From assembly GCA_012026655.1 (NCBI GenBank), contig JAAILG010000232.1, positions 1 through 64,000 of the forward strand: a stretch of 64,000 nucleotides of DNA, given 5' to 3'. A program made the translations under genes and the position numbers. The notes beneath the pieces are model-generated. The model worked only from the letters and a program-made list of their open reading frames with translations, had not been told where the DNA came from and did no database searches. Source of the stretch: Hydrolagus affinis. Taxonomy: Eukaryota. This document shows positions 12,437 through 25,260 of this stretch, in pieces; position 1 is the stretch's first letter, and every line of letters begins with the position of its first letter.

Positions 12437-13224
12437 GTAGGTTGCAGTAGGAAACTAGGTGGCTCAGATAATCAAATGACCTGCTTTGCTGGAAGAGATT
12501 GCCATAAAGAATGGTAATTAATCTTGTGGCGCTTCCCTCAAGACAGGGCTTGTGTGTACAATGTATTCTTTTTATGGTGGGTGACACATGCTTCTTGCGA
12601 CTTGGAATTGATCCCATATCATGTATTGAGGTAGTTGGGTGTGTGAGGAAGTAAATCGAGTAAATTTAGAAGTGTTTCTGGGTTTTGTGGAGTACAGTAC
12701 AGATGGCTGGAAGATTCTTGACAATGACTTTGTTTAGAGTCTTTCATGTTAGCTTTAATAATAATCCCTGCATTTGCCTTTCATGACACACAGAGGCTTT
12801 GAATGGCTTTACCAAATATACTGTAAAGTGCAGTGGCTGTATTTTGCAGGGAAATATTCACCTGAACAGACTTAGTTTAATATCTCATTCAACAGTGCAG
12901 AGCTCCCACAACTGGAATATCATCTTAGCAAATGAACTCAAAGTGTCCAAAGTGGGGCCTGAATCTTGAACCTTTTGACTCTGAGGTGAGACTGCTGCTA
13001 ACTGAGTCAAGCAAACTTATCTTAGGTTGAAATTAAAGCTGCGGTCACAAGCATAAGACTTAAAGTGCAAACAGACTTGTCTAAATCTCAATTGCTTATT
13101 ATTAGAGAAGTCTTTCTATTTCGCAGCAGAGCTGTGCAGACCAGAATGTTCCGAGGAGAACATGTGCTTGATTGAACGAGTGGAGACAGAAGCCCTCTGA
13201 AGTGCTGAAAGGGCACAGATCCAG

Positions 13225-13470
13225 TAGACTTAGGTTATTTAGAAAACTGGTTGTCAGTTAATTGACGGATTGCTTTCCGGAGGTAATAATCCCTTCAAAA
13301 TAATTAAATAAATATGTCACTCAAACCACAACTGTTTGTGGGACTCCGCTGTGGACACTTAGCTGCTGCATTTCACCCACAAAATCCACTTTGCAATATA
13401 CTGCATTTGAAGCACTTTGAGATGTGTCGACATGATAAGGAGCTATATCAAATGCAAGGATTATTATTAT
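13225..13470 (+). mobile_element. SINE, 5'-truncated copy
   Basis: Same 3' body and tail. Confidence 0.7.
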
Positions 13471-14024
13471 CTGATTTGATATCTTGAAATTATTGCTCAA
13501 TCCCCAAGGAATTGCTTCCTTTGGGCTGTCTTAGTGTAAACTCCTCCATGTGCTGCCTGGAAAATATCACCAAGATTTCACTAATCTACAATTAAGATCT
13601 TTGAACTGCCTGGTGACTCAGTAACCTCAGAGATATTACTGTCTGGAAGTTGAAGGTTCTGCCCGCACTCCACAGGGAGAGAGCTTGTTAGTTGCAGAAG
13701 GAATCTGAAGGACTTCAAAAATAGAACTGTGTAAAACTATTGGAGAGTACAGTACGGTGACACGTATTAAAGGCAATTGAACTCAAGAATTCTTGAAGCT
13801 GGCAGTACTGGAGAAGCTTGTTGGATTAATTGTTTTGTTTCTCTGATGAGTGTATTATCTGTTTTACAAAATGTATTGTTCTTGCTCACTTTGTTGCTGA
13901 ACTCAAGAATGAACAAATTTGGCCACAGGGACACATAACGTCATCCGGGGACTGTCCCAAGAAACCAGGGATATATGGTCGCCACATTACAGAGGTGTAT
14001 ATGGATTGATCTGTACATACTGTG

Positions 14025-14790
14025 CTAGCCTGGCTCAACTGATAGGAGTCTAACCCCTGAGTCAGGAGGTTGTGAATTCGAGTCCCACATTGGGACTTGG
14101 AACTCCTATATTGTAGGCTGGATGCTTCAATGCATTGTCAAACATGCTATTCTTCAGATGAGATGCTAAACCCATTTCCCGTCTGCCTGTTTAGGTAGTT
14201 GTTAAACAATAATAATAATCCTTGCATTTGATACAGCGCCTTATATGTTTGAGATTTATTTTCAAAGCACTTCACGGAATATACTGTAAAGTGAATTGAC
14301 TGTATATTTTGTGGATGAAACGCGGTAGCCAATTGCGCACAGCAACGTCCCACAAACAGTTGTGGATTGAAATGCCCAATTTTTAAAAAATATTAGGTAC
14401 GATTTGAAATGAGAAGGGAGTTTGTTCCAGTGTCCTTGCCAACAGTACCCCCAAATAAAATTGGTTGTTCATCCATGGCTGTTTGTGGGATATTGCTTTT
14501 TGCAAATTGGCTGCCGCATTCGCCCACAAAATCCACAAGTATATCCCGTGAAGTGCTTTGAGACAACCTTGCAACATAAAAGGCACTATAGCAAATACAA
14601 GCATTCCTGTGCGTCAGCTTATAACAATAATAATCCTTGCATGATATAGTGCCTTATCACGCCATTGAGATATCTCAATGTGCATCACAGGATATACCCT
14701 AAAGTGGATTGACTGTATTTTATGGAGAAATGCGGCATCCAGTTTGCGCACAGGACATGTCCCACAAACAGCCATGGAGTGAATGACCAA
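14025..14790. mobile_element. Nested SINE cluster: + Deu-type SINE interrupted by a - SINE, followed by another - SINE
   Basis: Head at 14025-14200, minus copy at about 14205-14390, resumed body/tail at 14395-14605, minus copy at 14625-14790. Confidence 0.7.
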
Positions 14791-15314
14791 ATTTATTTGA
14801 GAGATTGTCAGCCATGAATTTTGTTTGGTCAGCTGGGTGTCTGACACATACGGAAGGAAACCCATCACCGTGCTTAATAGTATCCAGATCAAGCTGAGAT
14901 TTCCATACGTCCCATAAAATACAGTCGATTCACTCCACAATATATTTTGCTAAAGGCTCTATTTCAAATGCAAGGATTACTATCATCGGAAGTAATCTAA
15001 TCGGAATGGAATGGAACGCGTTCTCTCCCTGGAGGGAAGGATCTTGCTTACCAAATTCCAGGTAAGTATTAGGCGCAGGCTGGCAATAGCCAAGGCTTGG
15101 GAACTCCAGTGTGTGCGATGGAGGTAACTGCTAGATTCTAACCAGCTGAAACCCACTGATATTGCTGTCTGGCAAGCTCTCAGCCAGGGCACCAAGACAT
15201 ACGCCAATGGGTTACAATAACAGATTTACTCACAAGAGTCACTATTTGTAATTGAGTCACAAAGTCCAAGCACAGGGAAGGTTTCAATCTGTTTGAATGC
15301 TTTGTTTATTGCAG

Positions 15315-15375
15315 GAGAGATGGTGGCAGCAACTGCATCGGGCCATCCAGAAATTACCGCTCCTGCAACATTCAG
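15315..15375 (+). CDS. PAPLN: Papilin exon 3 (RDGGSNCIGPSRNYRSCNIQ)
   Basis: TSR C-terminal half; tgcag acceptor, gtacag donor; phase 2-0. Confidence 0.92.
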
Positions 15376-16375
15376 GTACAGTGAGAAGACGCTCGCTGCT
15401 CAATTAGGGTTGACACTTAAGATTTGTTTGAGTCAGCTGAGTGGGCGTGGGAGCCCTTCACCGTGCTTAAACAAATCTAAACCAGACAGTTCCTATGCAT
15501 GCTATATCTACACATGGGATTCCTGTGGAGTGAAACACCCTATTTCACTGGAGGGACAGACTCGGTTTTCTTAATTCTGGAGAGTTCGAGGCATGGGCTG
15601 GTAAGAGCCGAGGCTTGGAGACCGCAGGGTATGTGTTAAGAGTTTAACTGGCGAAAACCACATAGCTAGTTATTAGGAGTCTGGCAAACTTCCTGCTGCT
15701 TGTCCAGCAAGGAACACCTATTAAGGCTTTGGCTGGAAGAGTTAATGAGAGCTGAGTGGGAAAAATTAGATTTTCAGTGCTGGGTAACACACAAGCTGGT
15801 TTTCAGTCATTCCACTTTCATCTCAAGCCTTTTGTTCCGATAACTTGTTTTCATCTCTTAAGGGAAGCACAGCACCACCTGGTGGCAAATGGTGGCCAGT
15901 GTGGGAATTATTCTTGGTGCAATACTGTACTGTGCTCCTTCAACCTCACAAAAAGGGGTCAAACATGTGGTATTCACAGCAAGATAGGTTGCAGGTAAAT
16001 GGACTTGCCATCTTCCCCCTGCACTCAGTTCCCGACACTGAGTTGAGTTCCTTGAGTTGGATAATATGTTGACACTCAGTAAGAATTGTAATTTTGCTGT
16101 TTTCAGCCCCACAAGCAATTCCTCCCAACACGGAAAGCGCTATATAGATGGTGTTTTGTTGTGGTTTCAGCCAAGGTTTCTGATAGCGAGTTTTACATTC
16201 TCACCACCATCTGGTTAAAGAAGTTTCTTCTAAACTTGTATCATTTGGTAGCTATCTTTAGCAAATTGGTGGATTCTGAGTTCTCTATCTGGTGAATCTA
16301 AAAGTTGGTACCAATTGTAAGTCTCCTCCTTCCTGTAAGTCAGTAATTCCTGATATCCTTTTTTTTTCTGGACAG

Positions 16376-16478
16376 GATTGCCCGGAGGGATCCCGAGACT
16401 TCAGAGAAGAGCAGTGCTCTGAGTTTGATGGAAACGAATTCCAAGGAAAGAGATACAAATGGCTGCCGTACTATGGAG
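16376..16478 (+). CDS. PAPLN: Papilin exon 4 ([14 protein letters not shown]...WLPYYG)
   Basis: ADAMTS Cys-rich motif DFRxEQC; AG/GT boundaries. Confidence 0.95.
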
Positions 16479-16984
16479 GTAGATGAAACACACAAAGCCT
16501 TTTGAGACCTAAGTCAGTGTACATGTTAAAGCTGACAAAGAATATAGTGTGTTTTCACAAATTGAAAATGATGGATGGATTGTGTGATGACTATGAAAAT
16601 CCATTGGATGTTTGAAACTTTTGGCTCAATTAAGTGCAGTAGGAACATAAAGTATTTTGGTCGGACACAATGGATGGAGTTAAATGTACTCGATGGTAGT
16701 ACGTTTCCCGACGTGAAAGGTGCTCCATAAATGTAATTTTGTTGCTGTAGTGGTTAACACCCACTTGTGTAGCATTGATTATCACCTGTTCCTCAAAATC
16801 CATTGGCCATCCATCATCCACACAAAAAATTGATCATGAATAGTCCTCTCCTGTGAATTGGTCCAGAAATCTGATTACAAAGGGAATGTGTGTTTGGGAA
16901 GGAGGAATGTTGCCAATTGATCGAACATTAAAAACTTCTATTGAGCAAAAGGAGCGTTAACCACTCTGGTTTTATCACCTACAG

Positions 16985-17115
16985 CTCCGAACAAATGTGA
17001 ACTGAATTGCATCCCCAAAGGGGAAAACTTTTACTATCGCCACCGAGGAGCCGTCAGAGATGGAACGTTGTGTGAACCTGGGAATAGGAACATTTGCGTA
17101 GAAGGGGTTTGCAAG
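16985..17115 (+). CDS. PAPLN: Papilin exon 5 (APNKCELNCIPKGENFYY...DGTLC...CVEGVCK)
   Basis: Cys-rich domain; gtgagt donor. Confidence 0.95.
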
Positions 17116-17559
17116 GTGAGTGGGATGGATGTACACGCTGAATGACCTGCGGGTGAGTGCGGTGTGGACTGGCCATCTGAATGATTTCATCTCGTCTTTA
17201 ATCTATTGGCTTTTACCTCTTCCTGCAACTCGTCTGCTGAGGGACGTGAAGGGAGTTTAAATTAAAGCAAACCTTGCCTGTGGGAATCTTGTGGGATAAG
17301 ACTGCTTCACATTTGCTTGCAAAACCGCTGAATATTTGCAGTAAATATACTCACATGGTGGTGTCTATATCCTTGGGGCCCTAGTTTACTGGCATTCCAG
17401 AAATGCTCTTAGATACCAATGAGAATCGTTTGTGAACTAAGTGTCTAACATCACTGCTTTTTTCTCTATAATTAGTGTCCAATTATTGTTTCCTGATTAT
17501 TATTTGTTCTCTTGTCCTCTTACCTCCTTTGCATATGATTCTCTGGTTGTTTTCCTGCA

Positions 17560-17690
17560 ATCATTGCTGTGCGCAATTGGCTGCCGTGTTTCACCCACAA
17601 ATACAGTCAATTCACTTTACAATATATTCTATGAAGCGCTCTGAGACGTCTGAAAGATATGATCAATGTCAAATGCAAATATTGTTATTA
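17560..17690 (+). mobile_element. SINE 3' fragment
   Basis: GCTGTGCGCAATTGGCTGCC...AATTCACTTTACA...AAGCGCT tail. Confidence 0.7.
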
Positions 17691-17811
17691 GTGCAACCTT
17701 CAAGTTGTATTGATGTTGGTGGCTATTGACCAAAGAATTTCCATTAATGTTGAACTGCAAGTTTCCATTGCTTTCTAAACATTTATTTTGTTTCCTTTTT
17801 CTTCATGACAG

Positions 17812-17935
17812 TCTGTGGGCTGCGACAATGTACTGGAGTCGTCGCAGACTGAAGACAAATGCCTGGAATGTGGAGGAGACGGGAGCAGCTGTTATAAAGT
17901 GCAAGGGATATTTAATGCAAATGACTTACCAATAG
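17812..17935 (+). CDS. PAPLN: Papilin exon 6 (SVGCDNVLESSQTEDKCLECGGDGSSC)
   Basis: VGCD/DKC/CGGDG motif of the ADAMTS cassette. Confidence 0.95.
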
Positions 17936-18214
17936 GTACATTGCTATGTTCTTTGCTTTAGAATGCTCTGCTGAGGACCTGAATTGCATCTTAATTGAAA
18001 CTTAAACTTGAAGTACAGTGAAACTTGCAGAAGTCTCATCTTTATAAAGTCGTATAATCGGCAGTCTTTACATGCACCCAAGTCCCATTCAGTTTCCTGC
18101 TTAAACCACTTTGATTTCCTTGCAATAGTTTTATTAATCACCTCCTGACTCTTAACACCTCTCCCCTACCTCCATTACTCTTATAATTACCATTTGCTTA
18201 GAATCGTGGGAAAT

Positions 18215-18385
18215 TTAACAAAACGCAAAATACTGCAGATGCTGGAAGTTTGAATCCAAAACAGAACACTCAGCTGGGAACACTCAGCAGGTCAGGCAGC
18301 ATCTATGGAGGACGTTGACTTGCTTTCCTTTCTCTATAGATGCTCCCTGACCTGCTGAGTGAGTGTTCCCTGTGATTTCTGTTTA
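18215..18385. repeat. Palindromic interspersed repeat (hairpin)
   Basis: ACTCAGCAGGTCAGG.AGCATCTAT pairs with ATAGATGCT.CCTGACCTGCTGAGT. Confidence 0.8.
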
Positions 18386-18450
18386 TACAACTTGTGAGTT
18401 CTCCCATAGTTTTATTGCAACACTGATTTAGCCACTGATTGTCTTTGCAG

Positions 18451-18531
18451 GTTACAACCAGATCCTAATAATCCCTATTGGGGCAACGAGTTTTCGGATC
18501 AGGGAAGTGGTGCCCACCCGAAACTTTCTGG
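18451..18531 (+). CDS. PAPLN: Papilin exon 7, spacer (GYNQILIIPIGATSFRI...RNFL)
   Basis: IPxGA spacer motif; phase 1-1. Confidence 0.93.
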
Positions 18532-18699
18532 GTAGAGTTTTGACTTCCTTAATCTTGCTTGTTGTAGACGTACTGGTTTTATTGTTTGATTTGTTACTCT
18601 TTAACTCTGTTAGATGTAAGTTAGGCCTGCCTGACAATGCTGCTCTGGATCCCATGATGAACTCAGGAACTCGTAGAGGTGGGATCGGGGAGGAGAATG

Positions 18700-18960
18700 G
18701 TTAGGCAAGTTTCCTTATGCCACAAGTCTCTGTTTCCCTAGCAGTAAGCAAGAACCCAGTTCGTAATCGATTGGCAGATCCTTTTTTTTAATAAAAAAAC
18801 AATCAACGACTGTTTGTAGGAAACTGCTGTGTGCAATTGGCTGTCGCGCTTTGCCCACAAAATATAATTAATTCATTTTACAGTGTATTCTAGGAAGCAC
18901 TTTGAGATATTTCAAAGACTTGATAAGGCACTATATCAAATGGAAGGATTATTATTATTT
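18700..18960 (+). mobile_element. SINE, 5'-truncated copy
   Basis: Same body and ATT-repeat tail. Confidence 0.75.
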
Positions 18961-19377
18961 TTATCGTATATTTGATTCTTGCATTCTCGTGTTTTACACT
19001 GATTCAAACAAATTGCATCGTCAAGTTGGGAGGGCGTCTGAAGGTACAGGAGAGTCAAGTTTGCTTCACAGATTATAGTGTAGTGCTTTACATATATACT
19101 GTATATATTATATAATGTATGTATAAATGCAAGTTGTTGTAAACTGGGGATTAGATTTGAGAGTGATGGAGACCATGAGGGGTGAGTGTTGGAAGCCTGA
19201 CCTCGAATGAGGCGAGGGAAGGGGAGAGGCAAAGGGAGTCTCGTTTGAGAATGTGTGGGAAGAGGGCAAGGACAGGTGTGATGGATTCGCGGAGCCCTAG
19301 TGCTCCAAGTGTTGATGTATCTGTTTCATTTGTCATGTAAATCTTGTTGAGATCATTTCCCATTGAATTAATTACAG

Positions 19378-19550
19378 CCATTAAAAATATTCGGGGTGAG
19401 TACTACCTGAATGGACATTGGACGATTGACTTCAGCCGAGCTTTGTACGTTGCAAACACCGTCATTCATTACGAGAGGGGAACTGAAGGGGATCTGGCGC
19501 CAGAGGTCATTCATGGGCGAGGAATTACATCCGAGCCCTTGGTAATTGAG
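19378..19550 (+). CDS. PAPLN: Papilin exon 8, spacer (AIKNIRGEYYLNGHWTI...EPLVIE)
   Basis: YYLNG spacer motif; gtgagt donor. Confidence 0.95.
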
Positions 19551-19651
19551 GTGAGTGTGGATCTGGACTGTTAAGCCACCTTTGCCTATCAAAATGCAAT
19601 GATTATTATTGAAACTGAGAATGGCTTTGTGTGCGTTTGTTTATTTTGCAG

Positions 19652-19778
19652 CTTATCAGCCAGGAGCTAAACCAGGGTATTGAGTATGAATACTACTTAC
19701 CCCGCTACAAAAGGCAACCCCAAGGCTACTTCTGGAGTTCGGGCTCTTGGAGTTCATGCAGTAAGGAATGTGGTGGAG
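19652..19778 (+). CDS. PAPLN: Papilin exon 9 (LISQELNQGIEYEY...WSSCSKECGG)
   Basis: End of spacer and start of TSR2. Confidence 0.95.
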
Positions 19779-20566
19779 GTAATTTTACTCCCATTCTTAC
19801 CAACCTGGGATCGTGCAATGAAAGTCAATTGTACTTTCAACCCACAATAATGGAGCTGACTGCACCCTACCCCTCACCCCACCAATCCTGGAGTGGAAAC
19901 ACAGAGGGTTAATAGGAAAAGGAAAACATGCTGCCAAAAACAATAAGTAGAATCCATAGTAGCGTTTTTAAAAAAGGAATGAGAAATATTTAAAAGGGAA
20001 AATATACTAAAAGAGCAGGGCAATGAATGGGTAGCTCTTTCAGAGCGCTGGGTAGCACCAGTACAGCGGCTGCCTCTGTGATGTAAAAAATCTATACTTT
20101 TGCAATTAGGACAATCTCTGCTCAATTCCCGGTGGGCTCTGGGCTAAATTGGTAATGTGAAACTGGCCACAGGAGAGCCAGGTCTGATCTGAGCTCTTCT
20201 GATGGCCAAATGGGTAAATGTACAGTGTGGTACAGCAGTAAACTGCGCAGCTTCAAATCTGGCTTTGTACTGTTAACTGAACTCCAGGGCAATGAATGGG
20301 GAGGATGGATGGACAGATGTACCAATTGGCCTCAGTGTTTCTGACTGTCCAGAAACTAGTGCACCAAAACGTTGATAGATGAAAATCTATTTTCCTTTGT
20401 GAAAATGTTTTTCTTATCTTTCTTCCTGTATGAAAAGTAATTTTGTTCAGCCTTCATTTGAGGAATGGAGAAATTTATTCAGTTACAAAGAGAGAACTTT
20501 AACTGGTGCAGATCGAAAAAGCTTGTTCCCCATAATGGTTTCCTTTGGCTTTGTTTTATTGTGCAG

Positions 20567-20693
20567 GCTACCAGACGCGACTTGCATTTTGTACCATTGA
20601 CAACGAAGCCTATCCGGATCATCTATGCCAGGCTGACCTAAGGCCGATCAGCAACAAGACCTGTAACACTCAGCTGTGTCCTCAGACAAAACG
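20567..20693 (+). CDS. PAPLN: Papilin exon 10 (GYQTRLAFCTIDNEAYPDHLC...CNTQLCP)
   Basis: TSR body; gtgcag acceptor, gtaggt donor. Confidence 0.94.
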
Positions 20694-22663
20694 GTAGGTG
20701 GCCTCTAAACACACATATTTGGAAATATCCAAGTGAGTGCATCCCGCAGGCTCTCTGATACCTCCCCCAAGTGAGCAGATTTATCTGAGCCTTCATAATG
20801 AGTGTCACCTTTAGGCTGATTACTAAAAGAGCAATGTTCATTAGTAATACTAATAGCAACACAACTGTGTCTCACAAATAATGATGGAATGAATGACCAA
20901 TTTTATTTTGGGGGGATTGTAGGACGGGAAACTGATAGAGAGAAACTCCCTTCTCATCTCGAATCGTGCAATATTATCCCAACACTCATTGGTTGAATCC
21001 AAGTCTTGACATAGGGCTTGAACCCATAACCTTCTGATTCAGAGGCCAGAGTGCTACCACTGAACCAGGCTGACACATTAACTGCGAGACATTAAGAGAG
21101 ACGGAAACTCCATTATAAGGATGTTGTGCAAGTGCGTCCCAGAGAAGTCTAGGTAACTGAGATCCAAACCACTGCGTTTCCCCAAATGCCATCAAGTCTT
21201 GGCCAATTCGACTATTTGGGGTTTAAAATTTAAGATCGTGTAACATCATGGATGATGCTTCAATTTGCTCAGTGCTTAAAAATAAACTACTTCTCAAGTA
21301 ACACTGAATTGAAGGCTTTTTCCCCAATTCTGTGCAATATCATGTTTCTGAGAAAAACTGGTCTTACAGGCCATTAGATAAGGTGGCATTTCAGGCTTTG
21401 CGTGTTACATTACTTACCGCTTTTTGTACTTCCATAAACTGGGTTGTGTATGTTCAACCATTTCCAGTCAACAACAACAAATTACATTTTTATGTCACCT
21501 TTCACATCACATGCAATATTCATACATTCGATTTCTATTCTGGGAAATTAATTTTTTTATTTTAAACACTGAGGGAAAAATTTAAGCTTTTTAAAAAAAA
21601 AAAATTTGTTCCATGCCTAAGGATTTCATTCGTTAATCGACCGAGACGGTGGACTGGGAATGATTGTCAAAGGTCAGAAGTTTACAGGTAACGAAGATGG
21701 CTGCTAGCAATGTATGCACATCTACAAGATGATTTGAGAAAAAAAATCAATGCTGCAAAATATTTTTTTCTCTCTCTCTGGCTGCATAGAAGTTTGCATA
21801 GATGGTGTAGTGCTGTGTAGTGGAGAAGGTGAGTTGCTATATAATGGAGAGGAGTTTGCTTGTAGCTGGGAGCTTTGAAGGCAATATTGCAGCTTCTGGT
21901 GTTTTGGCTATGCTTAGGTGGAAATCTTAATATTATGCAATCAGTTGAGGGTGGCATCGGTGATTATTTTTAATCATATAAATATTCTTTAATCTCTCTT
22001 TCGCCCTTGAAGGTATTTAATCATTTTTTCCCCCCCATTCAGTGATTTCCCTGCAGGTAACTAGTGCAACTGGCCTTTGTTGGCCTCAGTTTGGCCTCAG
22101 TTTGGATACGCTTAAGTATGACAATGGGTCTCTGCGTGTGTCAGACACATCGCTGACCAAAAAAACAGGGAGATCAGAACTTGTAGAGCTACATAAGATT
22201 CTACATGGTACATAGAAAGAGTAAAACTGAAATCACTTAATTTTATAAAAAGCCTTTTAAGTGAAAACAGATCTCTCTCAAAGTGCTTTCCACATTCCCA
22301 TTATGGAAACATGCATCCATGGCTAGTAAATATTTTCAGTATATCAGCCTGGACTGCCTCAAGCTAAACTCATATGTGTTAAATGACTAAAAGTTTGGAA
22401 TGCTCTGAGACGATTGATCAATCGTCTGACTGACGCAAACTCAATTGCTTGGAGGACAACTCTCGCAAGGAACACACTAGAGAGAATATAAGAATTGCTA
22501 GATGAAAGAAGACCAAGATCCAAACAGTTGACCTTCCACCATCCCAGCAGTCGCTTGCATGGGTCATGTTCCAAACTATATACTTTATCTCAACATATCA
22601 TTTGCCTAAGGGAAACCTAATCAGAATGAATTGACTTGAGTGTTAACCTTTACATCCCATCAG

Positions 22664-22871
22664 ATGGAAGACGGGTGACTGGGGAGGGTGTTCAGTCACG
22701 TGTGGTGGAGGGGTTCAGACCAGGTCTGCGTATTGCACTTATGTGGACAGGAACGGAGCTGAGGTGGTGGCGGACGGCACTGAATGCATTGGGGCTGGAG
22801 ACAAGCCTCAGAACCGGCGTGTATGCAACCTTCTTCAGTGTGCTGCGTGGATCGGGACACGGTGGTCTGAG
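22664..22871 (+). CDS. PAPLN: Papilin exon 11, TSR (WKTGDWGGCSVTCGGGVQTRS...WSE)
   Basis: CSVTCG motif; phase 2-0. Confidence 0.94.
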
Positions 22872-23255
22872 GTACGCTTGAGATAAAGCTATTGGAGCAC
22901 CAGACGAGATGAAAGCAAGACTTGCTGATCATGTCCTGCATTTCCTCACAGTAGTCAAATATGACTTTTCCAGCTCTTATTTCCAGGAAAGTGACCAACA
23001 CCGTTTTTCGCACATATATCCACATATACCCACACATGAACCCTGATACGTACACACACACACACACTCGCATCCATAGACTGGAGTGACCCCAACTCTT
23101 GGACCCCACCTGTGTCTGAGCACATTGGCTGGGGTTGGTGGGTATCAAAAGAAAGGCAAAAGTAAGTGTCTCTAGATGGGTGAGTCTCATCCTTATAAAA
23201 TTATTTTCAGTAGCTCTAAAGTGAATGTATGTCTATTTTCTATGTCCTGTTGCAG

Positions 23256-23432
23256 TGTTCAGTAACTTGTGGCGAAGGGATTCAGACCAGATTGGTTTCA
23301 TGTATGTCACGATCAGGTAGTCAGCTTCCAGCCTTTGCCTGTGTGTCCCAACTCAGGCCTTCAACATCTCAGGCCTGTGTGCTCAGCTCATGTAGTGAAG
23401 GTTTTTCATGGTACATTGGAGCCTGGGGGCAG
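23256..23432 (+). CDS. PAPLN: Papilin exon 12, TSR copy A (177 nt)
   Basis: CSVTCGEGIQTR...WYIGAWGQ; gtaagt donor; phase 0-0. Confidence 0.92.
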
Positions 23433-24324
23433 GTAAGTCAAAAGGATTTTATTTTTCTCTTTTCCTAGACTTGGATCCAATACCCACTTCCTTTATTTTC
23501 TCTTGTGAAGATACTGATACTTGCTGGGGTATGGCTTCTGGTACCCCACATGTGTAGCCATTCATTATATATGAGCAGGCAGTAACTCGGCGGGAGGAGA
23601 AGTTGGAGCAAAGCCAACCCCCATTCTATCTTTAACCAGGAATCGTCTCATGTATCTATCTGTCTTGCAGCAGAAGTCACTGCGTAGTGATGAGGAATAC
23701 AAAACCTTCGGTAGCCTCAGATATATGTGCTTAATGCAGCCAAATTGGGATTTTGCCTTTGTGTAATGTGTAATGAAGAATTTGCCAAGTTTATTGATTT
23801 AGTGTATATTTTCCCTGCTGAAAACAGAGAAATATGCAATATTGCATTTGATGTAATATTGATAAAGTCAAACTGTTCACAGGAAATTGCTGTCAAGTGT
23901 AGTGACTGTTTGCTGCTTGCAAACTGGCTTTTGCATTTGCTGACAATGTCCAACAAATAGCAGTGAACAAATAAGAGTCTCGGGATGTTTCAACAGACAG
24001 ATTAGATCTCAGTTTAACATCTTATTCTAAGCCATCAGATCTGACAATGCAATGCTCCACCATCACAATACTGTACCTACTATGTATCTTAGTCTGTGAG
24101 CTCAGAAATCCCGCCATGGGGTTTGAACCCATAACTTGACATCAATTTGATCTGCACTGACCGACAATTGAACCTGATGACTTTCTGGTCGCTATGAATT
24201 ATGTCCATAATATTCAGGCCATTTATTTTACGGAAAGTCCTTTTTTCAAAGATTTTGTTTTCAAGCCATTTTTTATACTTAACTAAGTAGTGAATGCCTC
24301 ATGTTACCCTGTGTCCTGTTGCAG

Positions 24325-24501
24325 TGTTCAGCAACCTGTGGCGAAGGGATTCAGACCAGATCGGTTTCATGCATATCACAATCAGGCGGTCAGCGTCCAG
24401 CCTTTGCCTGTTCATCTCACCCCAAGCCTCCGATGACCCAGTCCTGTATGCTCGGTGCCTGCTCTGAAAGCTTTTCATGGTACATTGGAACCTGGGGTCT
24501 G
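24325..24501 (+). CDS. PAPLN: Papilin exon 13, TSR copy B (177 nt, duplicate of exon 12)
   Basis: CSATCGEGIQTR...WYIGTWGL; gtgagt donor; phase 0-0. Confidence 0.92.
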
Positions 24502-24864
24502 GTGAGTGAGTCATAGTATTTTTAATCTTCTTGGGTGAAGGAATCAGGTGACCTTCTGGTTGGTTAGTAAGGAATGGGAAGAAAATAGGGCTGAAAATAT
24601 ATGAGCTAATATATTAGCTCTTAAGGAATAAGCTAAATATCTAAAAAGGAGAACATTATAAGGGGGAGGAGAGAGTGGTGAGGGGGGGTGGGGTGGGGGA
24701 GATTAGGAGAATGGAACTAAATAGTAGTCAGTCAGAATGGACAAAATGGGTCAATCTATAATTTTCTGGTGGTTATTTTGGGGAGGAGGTAAAGAGAAGG
24801 GAGCAGTGTGTAACATGAGAGGTTGGGTTTAGAGATCCTAATGCTGTCACTTGATTTGTTGCAG

Positions 24865-25015
24865 TGTTCCAAGAGCTGTTCCTCAGGACAACGGAAACGC
24901 CAGATTCTTTGCTACGATCAGGAACTCAATTATCAGTTCCCAGAACTATGTAACCTCAGAGCTCAACCACATGAAATCGAGGAATGCAACACACAACCGT
25001 GCTACCTGCCGCAAG
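24865..25015 (+). CDS. PAPLN: Papilin exon 14, last TSR (CSKSCSSGQRKRQILC...CNTQPCYLPQ)
   Basis: TSR motif; AG/GT boundaries. Confidence 0.94.
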
Positions 25016-25260
25016 GTTAAACCCCTTTCCTTGCTTGCTTTGCTCATTTTTTGCATAGTTTTTGTTTTCTCTTTTCTTTTAACGGAGATGAGAGATTGGG
25101 ATCTTTCTATTTTGTAAAATACTTTCTTCTCTACCTGGCCAGTCAGCTGAAGGAGAGAGGTTTGTGCCCTAATTTTAATACCCAGATTGCTTCAGCCTGT
25201 TTTCACACGTGTGGCAATTATTATGTTATTTGCTAATTATATTTTCCTCGACTCACACAG

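Noticed and set aside
15000-15200. LSLEGRILL motif suggesting an L1/Tx1 reverse-transcriptase relic
   Set aside because: A single short motif with no supporting neighbours; cannot be supported without a search.
9691-25015. Calling the + gene an ADAMTS protease or ADAMTSL
   Set aside because: There is no metalloprotease domain, and CCPDG repeats plus Kunitz, Ig and PLAC are diagnostic of papilin.
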